Shown: piece by piece, positions 45,641 to 60,212 of the stretch
Layout: the number at the start of each line of letters is the position of its first letter
Numbering within the stretch: position 1 is the stretch's first letter
Assembly (NCBI GenBank): GCA_963773065.1
Contig: CAVYZN010000008.1
Location: 64,001-128,000 of the forward strand
Origin: an uncultured Gammaproteobacteria bacterium
Lineage (GTDB): Bacteria > Pseudomonadota > Gammaproteobacteria > UBA9214
Direction of reading: 5' to 3'
Length of the DNA stretch: 64,000 nt
Translations under genes and position numbers: made by a program
Notes under the pieces: model-generated
Database searches by the model: none
The model's input: the letters and a program-made list of their open reading frames with translations, nothing else
What the model was told of the DNA's origin: nothing

Positions 45641-48349
45641 TCAGTTCAGCTTGCCATGGCATTGCTTATACTTTTTCCCGGACCCGCAGGGACACGGCTC
45701 GTTGCGACCGATCTTCCTGCCCTGACGCGTGTAGGGGGTATGGGTTTCCTCCTCACCCGCCGGCTCACCTTCCTGCTGCCCGGCCATGGCACTGGCCTCG
45801 GCATGCTGGTATTGCCGGGGCGCCTCACTGCGCCGCTGCTGTTCCACCGCCTCGACATCCGATTCGGCGCGCACCTGCACCTTCGACACGATGCCGATCA
45901 CATCATGCTTGATCCGGTCGAGCATGGCCGTAAACATCTCGAAAGCCTCGCGCTTGTATTCCTGCTTGGGGTTCTTCTGGGCATAGCCGCGCAGGCCGAT
46001 CCCCTGGCGCAGGTAATCCATCGCGGCCAGGTGTTCCTTCCATGCCACATCCAGTACCTGTAACATGACCGCCTTCTCGAAATGTCTGACGACCGCGATC
46101 CCGGCCAGCCGCTCTTTCTCCGCGTAGGCCGCTTCCATGTTCCCGAGTATACGTTCACGCAAAGTCTCTTCGTGCAGGCCCTGGTCCTGTTTCAGCCACT
46201 CGCCGACCGGCATGTCGCTGCCGAATTCCTTCGTGAGCGCTTCCTGCAGCCCGGACACATCCCACTGCTCGTCGAGACTGCCCGGCGGGATATAGGCGTC
46301 GATTGTGGAATTCACGACATCACGGCGGATCGCGTGTATGGTGTCGGCGATATCCTCCGTCTCCATCAGCTCGTTACGCTGCTCGTAGATGACCTTGCGC
46401 TGATCATTGGCCACGTCGTCATATTCGAGCAGTGTCTTGCGGATGTTGAAGTTATGCGCCTCGACCTTGCGCTGGGCATTCTCAATGGCCTTGGTCACCC
46501 ATGGATGCTCGATCGCCTCTCCCTCCTGCATCCCCAGTTTCTGCATCATGGCTGCAACCCGGTCGGAGGCAAAGATACGCATCAGGTTGTCTTTCAGTGA
46601 AAGATAGAAACGGCTCGATCCCGGGTCGCCCTGGCGGCCGGCGCGACCGCGCAACTGGTTGTCGACACGGCGTGATTCATGGCGCTCGGTGCCGATGATA
46701 TGCAGCCCGCCGGCCGCAATGACCCGGTTATGGCGTTCCTGCCAGTCCTGCCTGAGCTTACCTACCGACGCCTCGTCCGGGTTTTCCATAGCCTCGATTT
46801 CCGCGTTGAGGTTTCCCCCGAGCACGATATCCGTCCCGCGGCCGGCCATGTTGGTCGCGATCGTGGCCGCTCCCGGTTGTCCGGCCTGGGCGATGATGTG
46901 CGCCTCACGCTCGTGCTGTTTGGCGTTGAGCACCTCGTGGCTGATGCCCTCCTGCTTCAGCAGCCGCGACAGGTATTCGGAAGTTTCGACCGAGGCCGTG
47001 CCGACCAGGGTCGGCTGGCCGCGCTTGCGGCATTCACGGATATCCCCGAGTATGGCATTGAACTTCTCCTCCATGGTGAGATAGACCAGATCGCCCATGT
47101 CATTGCGGATCATCGGTTTATGGGTAGGAATGACCACCACCTCCAGACCGTAGATCTGCTGGAGTTCAAAGGCCTCGGTGTCGGCCGTGCCGGTCATCCC
47201 GGAGAGCTTCTTGTACAGGCGGAAATAATTCTGGAAGGTGATCGACGCCAGGGTCTGGTTTTCGTTCTGGACCGGAACGCCTTCCTTCGCCTCCATGGCC
47301 TGGTGCAGACCCTCGGACCAGCGCCGGCCCGGCATGGTGCGGCCGGTGAATTCGTCCACGATGACGATCTGCCCGTCCTGCACGATGTAATCGACGTCCT
47401 TCTGGAACAGCAGGTGGGCGCGCAGCGCGGCATTGAGGTGATGCATGAGATTCAGGTTAGCCGCATCGTACAGGCTCTCCCCCTCGCGCAGCAGGCTATT
47501 GCGGACCAGCAGCGTCTCGACGTGCTCGTGACCTTCTTCCGTAAGGAAGACCTGCTTGTGTTTTTCCTCGAGCGTGTAGTCACCCGGTCCGTCCTCGGTT
47601 TCCTGCGGTTTCAGATGAGGTATTAGGGTGTTTATCCTGGTGTAGAGATCCGAGCGTTCGTCCACCGGCCCGGAAATAATCAGCGGGGTGCGCGCCTCGT
47701 CAATCAGGATGGAGTCAACCTCATCCACGATCGCGAAGTTACGCATGCCCTGCATCCTGTCCTGGGCGGTGAACGCCATGTTGTCGCGCAGGTAATCGAA
47801 GCCGAACTCGTTGTTCGTGCCATAAGTGATATCCGCCTGGTACGCGGACCGCTTCTGTTCATAGGGCTGTCCCGGCACCACCACACCGGTCGTCATACCG
47901 AGGAAGTCGTAGATTTTCCCCATCCAACCGGCATCGCGCCGCGCCAGGTAATCGTTCACGGTTACCACGTGTACACCCTTGCCGGGCAATGCATTCAGAT
48001 AAGCCGCCAGGGTGGCCACCAGTGTCTTGCCTTCACCGGTACGCATCTCGGCGATACGACCTTCGTGCAGCACCATGCCGCCAATGAGCTGCACATCGAA
48101 GTGACGCATGCCCAGGACACGCTGAGAGGCTTCACGGACCGTGGCGAACGCTTCGGCCAGCAGGTCATCCAGCGGCGCACCGTCCGCCAGGCGCCGGCGG
48201 AAATCGGCGGTCTTTTCCTTTAACTCATCGTTGGAAAGCGCCTGGATCTGCGTCTCCAGTTCATTGATCCGGGCTATGGCCTGGGACATGCGTTTCAGTT
48301 GGCGTTCGTTGCGGCTGCCGAAAATCTTGCGGAAGATATCAAGTGCCAT
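45641..48349 (-). CDS. secA: Preprotein translocase ATPase SecA
   Basis: [55 protein letters not shown]. Confidence 0.99.
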   Translation of the reverse strand: MALDIFRKIFGSRNERQLKRMSQAIARINELETQIQALSNDELKEKTADFRRRLADGAPLDDLLAEAFATVREASQRVLGMRHFDVQLIGGMVLHEGRIAEMRTGEGKTLVATLAAYLNALPGKGVHVVTVNDYLARRDAGWMGKIYDFLGMTTGVVVPGQPYEQKRSAYQADITYGTNNEFGFDYLRDNMAFTAQDRMQGMRNFAIVDEVDSILIDEARTPLIISGPVDERSDLYTRINTLIPHLKPQETEDGPGDYTLEEKHKQVFLTEEGHEHVETLLVRNSLLREGESLYDAANLNLMHHLNAALRAHLLFQKDVDYIVQDGQIVIVDEFTGRTMPGRRWSEGLHQAMEAKEGVPVQNENQTLASITFQNYFRLYKKLSGMTGTADTEAFELQQIYGLEVVVIPTHKPMIRNDMGDLVYLTMEEKFNAILGDIRECRKRGQPTLVGTASVETSEYLSRLLKQEGISHEVLNAKQHEREAHIIAQAGQPGAATIATNMAGRGTDIVLGGNLNAEIEAMENPDEASVGKLRQDWQERHNRVIAAGGLHIIGTERHESRRVDNQLRGRAGRQGDPGSSRFYLSLKDNLMRIFASDRVAAMMQKLGMQEGEAIEHPWVTKAIENAQRKVEAHNFNIRKTLLEYDDVANDQRKVIYEQRNELMETEDIADTIHAIRRDVVNSTIDAYIPPGSLDEQWDVSGLQEALTKEFGSDMPVGEWLKQDQGLHEETLRERILGNMEAAYAEKERLAGIAVVRHFEKAVMLQVLDVAWKEHLAAMDYLRQGIGLRGYAQKNPKQEYKREAFEMFTAMLDRIKHDVIGIVSKVQVRAESDVEAVEQQRRSEAPRQYQHAEASAMAGQQEGEPAGEEETHTPYTRQGRKIGRNEPCPCGSGKKYKQCHGKLN

Positions 48350-48544
48350 GAATGCTTAATCTGTTGTTAAAGGAGGGTTGGAAAGAATGCGCAATGATAC
48401 CGCAACTATCCGCGGATTAGCAGGTTGGTTGGTCGGAACAGGTTTTACTCGGTGTACCGTTACCGCAGGCGGTTAAGGATCACCGTGGAGAGGCCGCACG
48501 GCAGATCACTGCCGCGAATTGCGCCAAGGAACTGAACGGTCTCA

Positions 48545-48595
48545 CCCTCACCCGGCCCTGCGGGCCACACTTACCCACGCACGTGAGCGAGAGAG
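48545..48595. repeat. Degenerate REP-like palindromic element
   Basis: ccctcacccggccctgcgggccacac...gagagag with internal hairpin ggccc-tgc-gggcc; resembles common CCCTCACCC...GGGAGAGGG intergenic repeats. Confidence 0.5.
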
Positions 48596-48632
48596 TCGGC
48601 GCGGCTTTCGGCCGCAGGTTTCTGAGCAGGGA

Positions 48633-49544
48633 TCAGTTTGTAATGAATTTCGAGGGGTTGATCTGTTTGTCGTTTTGCACGACTTCAAAATGGACATGCG
48701 GCCCGGTTGAGCGCCCGGTTGATCCCATCAGTGCGATCTGCTGGCCCTTCTTGACGGTGTCGCCGACCGCAACCAGCGGTTTCTTGTTGTGGCCATAACG
48801 CGTGACATAACCGTTGCCGTGATTGATCTCCACCAGGTTTCCATAGCCGGAACGCACACCCACCCAACTGACGATGCCGTCTGCTGCGGACACTACCTGG
48901 GAGCCTTCCTTGCCGGCAAAGTCGACCCCCTTGTGAAACTCCTTCCTGCCGGTGAACGGGTCGGTGCGCTTGCCGAACCCCGACGATAACCAACCGTTCT
49001 TGACCGGTCTTCCGGAAGGCATGACACGCTCATGCAGGCTCCTGTCCATGAGCAGGGTATCCAGCACCGAGAACTTCTGCTCCCGGTCATCCATTTCGGC
49101 GTTCAATTCATCCAGCATCGAAATAAAATCAGGCAATTCGGTCGGCTGCAGGCCGGCTACATCCTGCGGGCCGCCGACAGCCGGGGGGTTGCTGAAATCG
49201 AATTCGTCCTTGTCGAGACTGGCCTGTGCTGCCAGTTGCTCGCCCAGCGCATTGAGGCGCAACATCTGGGCCTGCATCCGGCCGATCCTAAGGGCCAGCG
49301 CATCGAGGTGGGTTTGGGCGGATTTTCGCGCAGCGGCGATCTCGACCCGCTGATCTTGAAACATGCTTTGCCACTCCGCCGCCGGGGCTGGCCCGTCCTT
49401 GCCGAGGTGCATTCCACCATAGACCCCCAACGCGCATAGCAGCGCCATACCTACACTTACCAGCAGCCCGCTACGCAGTGGATTGATCTCGAAACTCGAG
49501 ATCTGGCCGCCCTTGTTGGTAAATAGTATGATATTCAGATTCAT
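48633..49544 (-). CDS. M23-family metallopeptidase
   Basis: HKGVDF, TRYGHN, GRSTGPHVHFEV; N-terminal TM and coiled coil; usual position upstream of secA. Confidence 0.92.
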   Translation of the reverse strand: MNLNIILFTNKGGQISSFEINPLRSGLLVSVGMALLCALGVYGGMHLGKDGPAPAAEWQSMFQDQRVEIAAARKSAQTHLDALALRIGRMQAQMLRLNALGEQLAAQASLDKDEFDFSNPPAVGGPQDVAGLQPTELPDFISMLDELNAEMDDREQKFSVLDTLLMDRSLHERVMPSGRPVKNGWLSSGFGKRTDPFTGRKEFHKGVDFAGKEGSQVVSAADGIVSWVGVRSGYGNLVEINHGNGYVTRYGHNKKPLVAVGDTVKKGQQIALMGSTGRSTGPHVHFEVVQNDKQINPSKFITN

Positions 49545-49581
49545 AATATTAGGCGTCCTGTGGTGTTTTCCCCAACCCGTC

Positions 49582-50046
49582 ATGCGCTCAAACAAACCCT
49601 TCCAGATTGGTGACCTGCTCGACAGAAGCGAGGCCGCCCGCCTGCTGTCCCGCGCCCGGGCGCTGAGGGAACTGGATGCGCTGGTGCATGAACTCATCCC
49701 CTCGCCACTCAACAGGCATTGCCGTGTCTTGTCAGTGCGGAACGACGCTCTGATCGTGGCCGCCGACTCTCCTGTCTGGGCGGCCCGCCTGCGATACCAG
49801 ACCTCACAACTAGTAAAGCAATTAACTACCGATTCATCCGTGAAATTGCGCACAGTTCAGGTACGCGTGCGTGCGTGCGACTGTCCCCGCAGCAGCGGTA
49901 TCGCGCATGTCCAGCCGCCCCTGTCTAAGAGGAATTCCATTGTCCTGAAACAGGCCGCGCGCAGTGTCACGGATGCGGGCCTTAAGGCGGCATTGCTCAG
50001 ACTCGCCAGTCGCCAGAGACGTCCCGGTCATCAGCGACCGAAGTGA
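49582..50046 (+). CDS. dciA: DciA (DUF721) helicase-loader protein
   Basis: LIVAADSPVWAARLRY and LKAALLRLA motifs; located between lpxC and the M23 peptidase/secA. Confidence 0.8.
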   Translation: MRSNKPFQIGDLLDRSEAARLLSRARALRELDALVHELIPSPLNRHCRVLSVRNDALIVAADSPVWAARLRYQTSQLVKQLTTDSSVKLRTVQVRVRACDCPRSSGIAHVQPPLSKRNSIVLKQAARSVTDAGLKAALLRLASRQRRPGHQRPK

Positions 50047-50070
50047 CGATGGCAGCGCAAAGGAATTAGG

Positions 50071-50982
50071 TCAGACAGCGGGTACCGGCTGGATAAATGC
50101 GATGGGCGCGTGGCTGATATCATCAAATGTCACCCGTTCCCAGGCCGTTTCATCATCCATTAGGGTACGCAACAACTTGTTGTTGAGTTCGTGTCCCGAC
50201 TTGTAGCCATTGAACGCGCCTATCATGTTGCTGCCTAGCAGGTAGAGATCACCGATCACGTCGAGGATCTTGTGTTTGACGAATTCGTCACGATAACGCA
50301 AACCGTCTTCATTCAGCACTCGGTAGTCATCCAGTACGACGGCATTGTCGATACTGCCGCCAAGCGCCAGTTCGCGTTCGTGCAAATGTTCGATCTCGGC
50401 GATAAAACCGAATGTCCGAGCCCGGCTGACTTCCTTGACGAAAGAGGTCGCCGAAAAGTCGATCTCGGAATGCTGAGTATTCGACTTGAACACCGGATGA
50501 TCAAACGCGATGGTAAATCCCACCTTGAATCCGTCAAACGGCTCAAACCGGGCAACCTTGTCGCCATCCTCAACCTGCACGACGCGCTTGATCCGGATGA
50601 ATCCCTTGGACGCCTGCTGCTCTTCAATGCCGGCGGACTGTATCAGGAAGACAAACGGTCCGGCACTGCCATCCATGATAGGTACTTCCGGCGCACTCAG
50701 ATCGACATAGGCGTTATCGATACCCAGCCCCGACAGCGCCGACAGCAGATGCTCGACCGTCGAAATGCGCGCATCTCCGCGGACGAGGGTCGTGGAAAGA
50801 CGTGTCTCACCCACGTTTTCCAGGCTGGCCCTGATCTGCACCGGCGGGTCCAGATCAACCCGACAAAACACGATACCCGTATTCACCGGGGCCGGCCTCA
50901 GGGTAAGGTAGACTTTCTCACCCGTATGCAGTCCCACGCCGGTCGCGCGTATGACGTTCTTGAGTGTACGTTGCCGGATCAT
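50071..50982 (-). CDS. lpxC: UDP-3-O-acyl-GlcNAc deacetylase
   Basis: [37 protein letters not shown]. Confidence 0.98.
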   Translation of the reverse strand: MIRQRTLKNVIRATGVGLHTGEKVYLTLRPAPVNTGIVFCRVDLDPPVQIRASLENVGETRLSTTLVRGDARISTVEHLLSALSGLGIDNAYVDLSAPEVPIMDGSAGPFVFLIQSAGIEEQQASKGFIRIKRVVQVEDGDKVARFEPFDGFKVGFTIAFDHPVFKSNTQHSEIDFSATSFVKEVSRARTFGFIAEIEHLHERELALGGSIDNAVVLDDYRVLNEDGLRYRDEFVKHKILDVIGDLYLLGSNMIGAFNGYKSGHELNNKLLRTLMDDETAWERVTFDDISHAPIAFIQPVPAV

Positions 50983-51164
50983 GGCATCATTATTCCTCTT
51001 AACGCTGCCGTCTTACTCTGGCAAGTACCATAAAAAGCCGCAGAGATGGTATCACAACCCTCCGCCCAGGCACAGAAATGTCAGCTTCAGAATCGCTGAA
51101 ATGTCAATATATTGACTGATTTATTATATATGCGGTCCCTCACTTCAACCATCGAACGCCACGT

Positions 51165-51241
51165 CGCTTACGCCTGGCCAAGACTGGCCAGGGAAGCGGA
51201 AGTCGAAGCCACCGCAGGCCATGACTGGCCCGCGGCTTGAC
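51165..51241. repeat. Double-hairpin element abutting the ftsZ stop codon
   Basis: cctggcca-agac-tggccagg and ggcca-tgac-tggcc hairpins, the second enclosed by gtcgaagcc...ggcttgac. Confidence 0.65.
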
Positions 51242-51242
51242 C

Positions 51243-52391
51243 CTAATCAGCCTGGCGACGCAGGAACGCGGGGATATCCAGGTAATCCAGGTCCTCGGCA
51301 TTATTACCGCCCGCTGAAACCTTTTGTGTTTGCCGGCGAGTAACGGTTGGTTTGTCGAGTTTCCTGTAGTCCACCTCCCCGTTTCTGGTCTTCTGCACCA
51401 GCGACACCGGCTTCTCGGCCAACTGCTTCTTGTGTTCCTGGCCGAGGCCGGTCGCCACCACCGTTACCCGCAGTTCATCGCGCATTTCCGGATCGATCAC
51501 GGTCCCTACGACGACCGTGGCGTTCTCGGAAGCGAAGGCCTTCACCGTGTTGCCCACTTCCTCGAACTCCCCGATGCCCATATCCATGCCGGCGGTCACG
51601 TTGACCAGGATGCCATGGGCGCCCATCAGGTTGACGTCTTCGAGCAGCGGACTGGCAATCGCCGCCTCGGCAGCCACGCGGGCACGGTCCTCGCCCTTGG
51701 CGGAACCGGAGCCCATCATCGCCATACCCATCTCGGACATTACCGTGCGCACATCAGCGAAATCGACATTGATGAGACCCGGCCGGGTGATCAGTTCGGC
51801 GATACCCTGCACGGCGCCGAGCAGCACATCGTTGGCGGCCTTGAAGGCATCCAGCAGGCTGATCTGCTTGCCCAGCACCGTCAGCAGCTTTTCATTCGGG
51901 ATCGTGATGAGCGAGTCGACATACTGGCTCAGCTCCTTGATGCCGTTATGCGCGACATGCAGGCGCTTGCTGCCCTCAAACGGAAACGGCTTGGTCACCA
52001 CCGCCACGGTGAGTATGCCCAGTTCCCTGGCGATCTGGGCCACGACCGGGGCCGCGCCGGTACCCGTTCCGCCGCCCATGCCGGCCGTGATAAACAGCAT
52101 ATCGGCGCCTTCGATGGCCTCGGTGATCCGTTCCCGGTCCTCATGCGCCGCCTGCCGGCCGATATCCGGGTTGGCGCCGGCGCCGAGCCCCTTGGTGATG
52201 GTGCTGCCGATCTGGAGCATGGTCCGCGCCGAGATGTTTTTCAGCGCCTGGGCGTCCGTGTTCGCGCAGATGAAATCCACACCCTCGATATTCCCGTCAA
52301 CCATGTGCTGCACGGCGTTGCCGCCTCCGCCGCCGACGCCGATGACCTTGATTACCGCACTCTGTCCGCATGAATCCAGCAGTTCAAACAT
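51243..52391 (-). CDS. ftsZ: Cell division protein FtsZ
   Basis: [23 protein letters not shown] tubulin signature, [12 protein letters not shown]. Confidence 0.99.
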   Translation of the reverse strand: MFELLDSCGQSAVIKVIGVGGGGGNAVQHMVDGNIEGVDFICANTDAQALKNISARTMLQIGSTITKGLGAGANPDIGRQAAHEDRERITEAIEGADMLFITAGMGGGTGTGAAPVVAQIARELGILTVAVVTKPFPFEGSKRLHVAHNGIKELSQYVDSLITIPNEKLLTVLGKQISLLDAFKAANDVLLGAVQGIAELITRPGLINVDFADVRTVMSEMGMAMMGSGSAKGEDRARVAAEAAIASPLLEDVNLMGAHGILVNVTAGMDMGIGEFEEVGNTVKAFASENATVVVGTVIDPEMRDELRVTVVATGLGQEHKKQLAEKPVSLVQKTRNGEVDYRKLDKPTVTRRQTQKVSAGGNNAEDLDYLDIPAFLRRQAD

Positions 52392-52481
52392 GATGTCTCC
52401 TCCTCAGAAAACATGAAAAATTGACGAGCGTAACCTTCAGTAAAACGCACCCTATCTCAGCACCCTCGACTGCCACCACCC

Positions 52482-53718
52482 TCAGAAATTTCCCTGAAAC
52501 CAGCCCTTCATCCTGTCCCACACACTGCGCAGCCCCTTGCCCAGCCCCGCTTCCAGCACCCGCTGGTCACGATTTTGATAACCGAACAGCAGCAGACCCA
52601 CACCGGTCGCGAAAATCGGATTGCGCACCACATCGACCAGTCCGGTCACGTACTGGGGAACACCCAGGCGCACCGGCATGTGAAACACTTCCTCCGCAAG
52701 CTCGATCAGCGCCCTCGATCTTGGAACTGCCGCCGGTCAGCACGACCCCGGCGGCCACCAGGTCTTCGAATCCGCTGCGGCGCAATTCCGCCTGCACCAA
52801 CGTCAGCAGTTCCTCATAACGCGGTTCCACCACTTCGGCGAGCGTATGGCGCGCCAGCCGGCGCGGTGGACGGTCGCCGATACTGGGCACCTCGATGTTT
52901 TCATCCGCCGTGGCCATCTGGGTCAGCGCACAGGCGTACTTGATCTTGATCTCCTCGGCGTACTGGGTCGGCGTGCGCAGGGCCACGGCGATGTCATTGG
53001 TGACCTGGTCGCCGGCGATCGGTATCACCGCGGTGTGGCGGATGGACCCCTCGGTGAACACCGCGATATCCGTCGTGCCGCCGCCGATATCCACGATGCA
53101 CACCCCGAGCTCCTTTTCATCCTCGGTCAACACCGAATAACTGGATGCCAGTTGTTCAAGTATGATGTCGTCGACCTCGAGCCCGCAGCGGCGCACGCAC
53201 TTGATGATGTTCTGCGCCGCGCTCACCGCGCCCGTCACCATGTGAACCTTGGCCTCCAGCCGCACCCCGGACATGCCGACCGGCTCCTTGATGCCTTCCT
53301 GATTGTCGATCAGGAATTCCTGGGGCAGGATGTGCAGGATCTTCTGGTCCGCCGGTATCGCCACGGCGCGGGCGGCGTCGATCACCCGCTCCACGTCACC
53401 GGGCGCCACCTCCTTGTCCTTGATGGCGACGATGCCGTGTGAATTCAGGCTGCGGATGTGGCTGCCCGCGATGCCGGCATAGACCGAGTGGATCTGACAA
53501 CCGGCCATCAACTCGGCTTCCTCCACGGCGCGCTGTATGGAGTGCACGGTGGATTCGATGTTCACCACGACCCCCTTCTTCAAGCCCCGCGAGGGATGGG
53601 AGCCGATGCCGATCACCTCGATCGTCCCATCCGGCACCACCTCGCCGACAATGGCAACGACCTTGGAGGTCCCGATATCGAGACCCACGATCAGATTCTT
53701 TTCAGTCTTCTTTGACAT
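52482..53718 (-). CDS. ftsA: Cell division protein FtsA, one indel
   Basis: GLDIGTSK, VDIGGGTTD, LTGGSS; C-terminus FATGVGLL...WFQGNF in ORF 52482-52688. Confidence 0.97.
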
Positions 53719-54506
53719 GCGCTCTCGATCCCTAGCCTGGCAAACCCTTGCCGCCGCCTACGCCGGTTTCCACCGGTTGCCAGTACACGGAAAACCCGTT
53801 GCTATAACGCAGATCCACGCTTTTCAGCGCCTCAAGATGTCCGGCGAACACTTGCGGGAAAGTACGCACGAAACGCCGCAGCCGCAGCTCCGTGTCCGCG
53901 CGCCCCAGCTCCAGCCGCACGGCGTTATCCAGCTCAATGCGCCAGGCGCGACGCTCGTTGAGGTCTATACGGGCGATGCGAAGGCCAAGCGGCGCGAGCG
54001 TCTGCGTGCACTGACGGTACTGCTCCAGCACCACCTGTTCATGACCCACCGGCCCGCTGAGGCGTGGCAGCGCAAGCTCGGCCGGCAACTGGCGCGGGAC
54101 GAAAATCTCGCCGTAGCGGTTCAGCAGCCCGGCCTCGCCCCAGCGCGCCACCGGCTCCTGCTCCTCGATGTTAACGATCAGGCGGTCCGGCCAGTCCCGC
54201 TGCACCGTGGCCCGGTAGACCCAGGGCAGGGCCTCGACCGCATCATGGATGCCGGTCACGTCCACGGTGAAAAACCCGCCTTGCAGATATGGCGCCAGCG
54301 TCTGCCGTAGGTCATCTTTCTCCAGATGGCGCAATTCGCTGGCGACCTTCACCACCCGCAGCGGGTAGCGATACGGGTCCTGCAGCCATTGCACGCCCAG
54401 CGCCAGCGTCGTACCCATGAGCGCGAGCAGCAGCAGGCCGGTGATGAATCGGAAATGATCCCGCAGGAACGCGCCTGCGCCGCGCCAGCGCGGAGTGCGC
54501 CGCGCT

Positions 54507-56424
<1,918 letters not shown>

Positions 56425-56438
<14 letters not shown>

Positions 56439-57874
56439 CCCTTACCCGCAGCTCATCGGCCAGCCGGGCCGCCACGGCGCCGATGTCGCCGGCGCCCATG
56501 GTGAGCAGCACGTCGCCGTCCTGCAGGATGTCTTGCAACACCGCCGGCAGATCGGCGATGTTATCGAGGAACACCGGATCGACATGACCGCGCGCCCGTA
56601 TTCCGCGGCACAGGGCGCGCCCGTCCGCCCCGCTGATCGGCGATTCGCCGGCGGGATAGATCTCGCTCAGGATCAGCGCATCCACCCCGGAGAGAACCTG
56701 GGTGAAATCATCGAAGAGATCATGGGTGCGCGTGTAGCGGTGCGGCTGGAACGCTACCACCAGCCGCCGCTCCGGCCAGCCCGCGCGCACCGCCGCCAGT
56801 GTCGGTGCGATCTCGCGCGGATGGTGGGCGTAATCATCGATCAGCAGCACACGGCCGGCCGGCGTCTGCACCTCGCCGGTCATCTGGAAGCGGCGGCCGA
56901 TGCCCTCGAATCCGGCCAGCACGCGCTGGATGGCCGCATCGGACACCCCCAGCTCGGTAGCCACCGCGATGGCCGCCAGCGCGTTCAGCACGTTGTGGCG
57001 TCCCGGCAGGTTCAGGGTGATCGGCAGTACACGCTCGTGGCCCGGACGACGCACGGTGAAATGGGTCCGCACCCCTTCCTGGCGCATGTTGGCGGCGCGT
57101 ACATCGGCTTCTTCTTCGATACCATAGGTGATGACCGGACGGGTCACCTCGGGCAGTACGTTGCGTATCGCCGGGTCGTCCAGGCACAGCACCGCCAGGC
57201 CGTAGAACGGCAGGTGATGCAAGAACTCGATGAAGGTTTGGCGCAGGCGTTCGAAGTCGCCTTCGTAGGTGGAGAGGTGATCCGCGTCGATATTGGTGAC
57301 CACGGCGAGCGATGGCTGCAGGTACAGGAAGGAGGCGTCACTCTCGTCCGCCTCGGCCACCAGGTAATGACCGTCGCCGAGACGCGCATGACTGCCCGCG
57401 CTGTTCAGTTGGCCGCCGATCACGAAGGTCGGATCCAGCCCGCCCTCGGCCAGCAGACTGGCGATCAGAGCTGGTGGTCGTGGTCTTGCCATGCGTACCG
57501 GCCACGCCGATTCCATAGCGGAAGCGCATCAATTCGGCGAGCATCTCCGCGCGCGGCACCACCGGGATGCGCCGCTGCCTGGCGGTCGCTACCTCGGGGT
57601 TGTCGGCCCCGACCGCGCTGGATACCACGACCGCGTCGCTTTCTTCGACATGCCGGGCGTCGTGCCCGGCCCATACTTTGACGCCCAGCCGGTTCAGCCG
57701 GCGCGTGACCGCGTTCTCGCGCAGGTCGGAACCGCTGACGATGTAGCCGAGGTTGTGCAGGACCTCGGCGATGCCGCCCATACCGGCGCCGCCGGCGCCG
57801 ACAAAGTGTATGCGGCGCACCCGACCCATGCCCTGCGGCTGGGAAGCGGCGGTGGGACGCACCGGTAGACTCAT
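56425..57874 (-). CDS. murC: UDP-N-acetylmuramate--L-alanine ligase, one indel
   Basis: [50 protein letters not shown]. Confidence 0.97.
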
Positions 57875-59001
57875 GACGGCAACCCCCGCTTGAGGGCCTT
57901 AGGTTCGATCCCGGCGGCCTGCAGGCACAAGCCGGCGACGCGCCGCGCCGCCTCCGGCCGGGCCAGTTCGCGCGCCCGGCGCGCCATGGCGAGCAGGGTG
58001 TCGCGTCGACCGATGAATCGGGTCAGCGCCTCGGTGAGGCGCTCGGCGGTCAGACTGGCCTGCGGCATCAGCAGCGCCGCCCCGGCATCGGCCAGATAGC
58101 GGGCATTGCCGGTTTGATGGTCATCCGCGGCATGGGGATAAGGCACCAGGATCGCGGCCACGCCGGCAACGGCCAGTTCGGCCACGGTCAGGGCCCCGGA
58201 ACGGCACACCACCAGGTCTGCCCAGGCGTAGGCTGCGGCCATGTCCTCGATAAAGGCCTCAACCCTGGCGTCGCACTCGAGTTCGCGGTAGCTAAGCCGA
58301 ACGCCGGCCACCTCAGCCTCGCCGGTCTGGTGGTGAACTCGCGGGCGTTCGGCCGCGGGCAGGCGCGCGATGGCCTGCGGGACCACCCGGTTCAACGCTT
58401 GGGCGCCCAAACTGCCGCCGATAACCAGCAGGCGCAGCGCCCCGGAACGGCTGGCAAACCGTGTTTCTGGCGCCGCCAGCGCGCTGATGGCGGCGCGCAC
58501 TGGGTTGCCGGCAGCCACCGCGCGGCGCGCCGCCGGCATACTGCCGGGGAAGCCTTCGAGGACGGTGTGGGCGAGCGGCGCCAGCAGGCGGTTGGTCAGA
58601 CCAGGGACGGAATTCTGTTCGTGTATCAGCAGCGGACGGCGCAGCAGCCAGGCGATGAAACCGCCCGGCCCGGCGGCAAACCCGCCCATGCCGAGCACCA
58701 CCATGGGGCGAATGCGCAGGAACACCAGCAGCGTTTGCAGGAGGGCGAATGTCAGCATGAACGGCGCGAGGAAGACGCGCGGCAGTCCTTTGCCACGCAA
58801 ACCCGATACCCGTATCGACGTCAGTGTATAGCCGGCGGCGGGGACGACCCTGGCCTCCAGGCCCCGGCGTGTTCCCAGCCACGCCACCGGCACACCCAGT
58901 GCGGTGAGTTCAGCGGCGACCGCGAGCGCGGGAAACACATGCCCGCCCGTTCCCCCCGCCATGATGAGCACCGGTCCTGAACTGCTGGGCTCGAATGTCA
59001 T
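57871..59001 (-). CDS. murG: Lipid II GlcNAc transferase
   Basis: [42 protein letters not shown]. Confidence 0.97.
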   Translation of the reverse strand: MTFEPSSSGPVLIMAGGTGGHVFPALAVAAELTALGVPVAWLGTRRGLEARVVPAAGYTLTSIRVSGLRGKGLPRVFLAPFMLTFALLQTLLVFLRIRPMVVLGMGGFAAGPGGFIAWLLRRPLLIHEQNSVPGLTNRLLAPLAHTVLEGFPGSMPAARRAVAAGNPVRAAISALAAPETRFASRSGALRLLVIGGSLGAQALNRVVPQAIARLPAAERPRVHHQTGEAEVAGVRLSYRELECDARVEAFIEDMAAAYAWADLVVCRSGALTVAELAVAGVAAILVPYPHAADDHQTGNARYLADAGAALLMPQASLTAERLTEALTRFIGRRDTLLAMARRARELARPEAARRVAGLCLQAAGIEPKALKRGLPS

Positions 59002-60212
59002 GCGCCCTGCCTCCGGCGTTTCGCCGCCGCCGCCCCGCTCGCCGTCAGGCCCTCGACCGTGCAGCGTGTTTCATAATCGACCCGCAGCAACACGCCGATG
59101 GCGGCGCAGATCACCACCATGCTGGAGCCGCCATAGCTCATCAGCGGCAAGGTCAGCCCCTTGGTAGGCAGCAGCCCCATGTTGACGCCCATGTTGATGA
59201 AGCCCTGCAGGCCGATCCAGATGCCGATACCGTAGGCGAGCAGGGCGGCGAACGCGCAGCCCGCCTTCTCCGCCTGTATGGCAATGACGAAGGCACGCCA
59301 TACCAACATGGCATAGAGGGCGATCACGGTGCACACCCCCAGCAGTCCGAGTTCCTCGGCGAGCACGGCAAACACGAAGTCGGTATGCGCCTCCGGGAGA
59401 TAGAACAGCTTCTGGACACTCGCGCCCAGCCCCACGCCGAGCCATTCACCCCGGCCGATGGCGATCAGGGATTGGGTCAACTGAAAACCGCTGTTGAACG
59501 GGTCCGCCCAGGGATTGAGAAAGGTCGTCAGGCGCTCCATGCGATAGGGCGAGGACACGGCGAGACCCGCCAGCGACAGCCCCCCCAGCCCGAGCATGCC
59601 GCTGAATTGCCACAATCTCACGCCGGCGATGAAGATCATGCCCATGGCGGTGGCCAGCATTACCACGGTGGCGCCGAAGTCGGGTTCGAGCAGCAGCAGG
59701 ATCGCGGCCAATCCGAGCAGCACCAGCGGTTTGATGAAACCGGATACCCGGGCGCGGACTTCATCGCCGTGGCGTGCCAGGTAGCTAGCGAGGTAGATCA
59801 GGATCATCAGCTTCGCCGGCTCCGATACCTGCAGACGGAACAAGCCCGTATTGATCCAGCGCACGCTGCCGTTCACTTCGGTGCCGAGGCCGGGAACCAG
59901 CACCGCGAACAGCAGGGCAAAGGCGGTCAACAGCAGCAGCATGCCGGCCTGTTCCAGCATCGCCAGGCGCACGCGATACATGCCTACCCCGGCCAGCACG
60001 CCGGCGCCGATATAAATGAACTGCCGCAAGGCATAGTAGAACGGCTGACCCAGTTCGCGGTCGGCCAGGGTAATGCTCGCGGAAGCCACCATGACCAGAC
60101 CCAGCGCCGTCAGGGCCAGCGCGGCGAACAATAACGGGTAATCCATGCGCGGCAGTCGGCGGACGCGACCGGCGTGACTCGGGCTAGCCTGGCGGGCACC
60201 GGCCACTATCAT
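58998..60212 (-). CDS. ftsW: Peptidoglycan polymerase FtsW
   Basis: QVSEPAK, EPDFG, LPEAHTDFVF, PTKGLTLPLMSYGGS. Confidence 0.97.
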   Translation of the reverse strand: MIVAGARQASPSHAGRVRRLPRMDYPLLFAALALTALGLVMVASASITLADRELGQPFYYALRQFIYIGAGVLAGVGMYRVRLAMLEQAGMLLLLTAFALLFAVLVPGLGTEVNGSVRWINTGLFRLQVSEPAKLMILIYLASYLARHGDEVRARVSGFIKPLVLLGLAAILLLLEPDFGATVVMLATAMGMIFIAGVRLWQFSGMLGLGGLSLAGLAVSSPYRMERLTTFLNPWADPFNSGFQLTQSLIAIGRGEWLGVGLGASVQKLFYLPEAHTDFVFAVLAEELGLLGVCTVIALYAMLVWRAFVIAIQAEKAGCAFAALLAYGIGIWIGLQGFINMGVNMGLLPTKGLTLPLMSYGGSSMVVICAAIGVLLRVDYETRCTVEGLTASGAAAAKRRRQGA

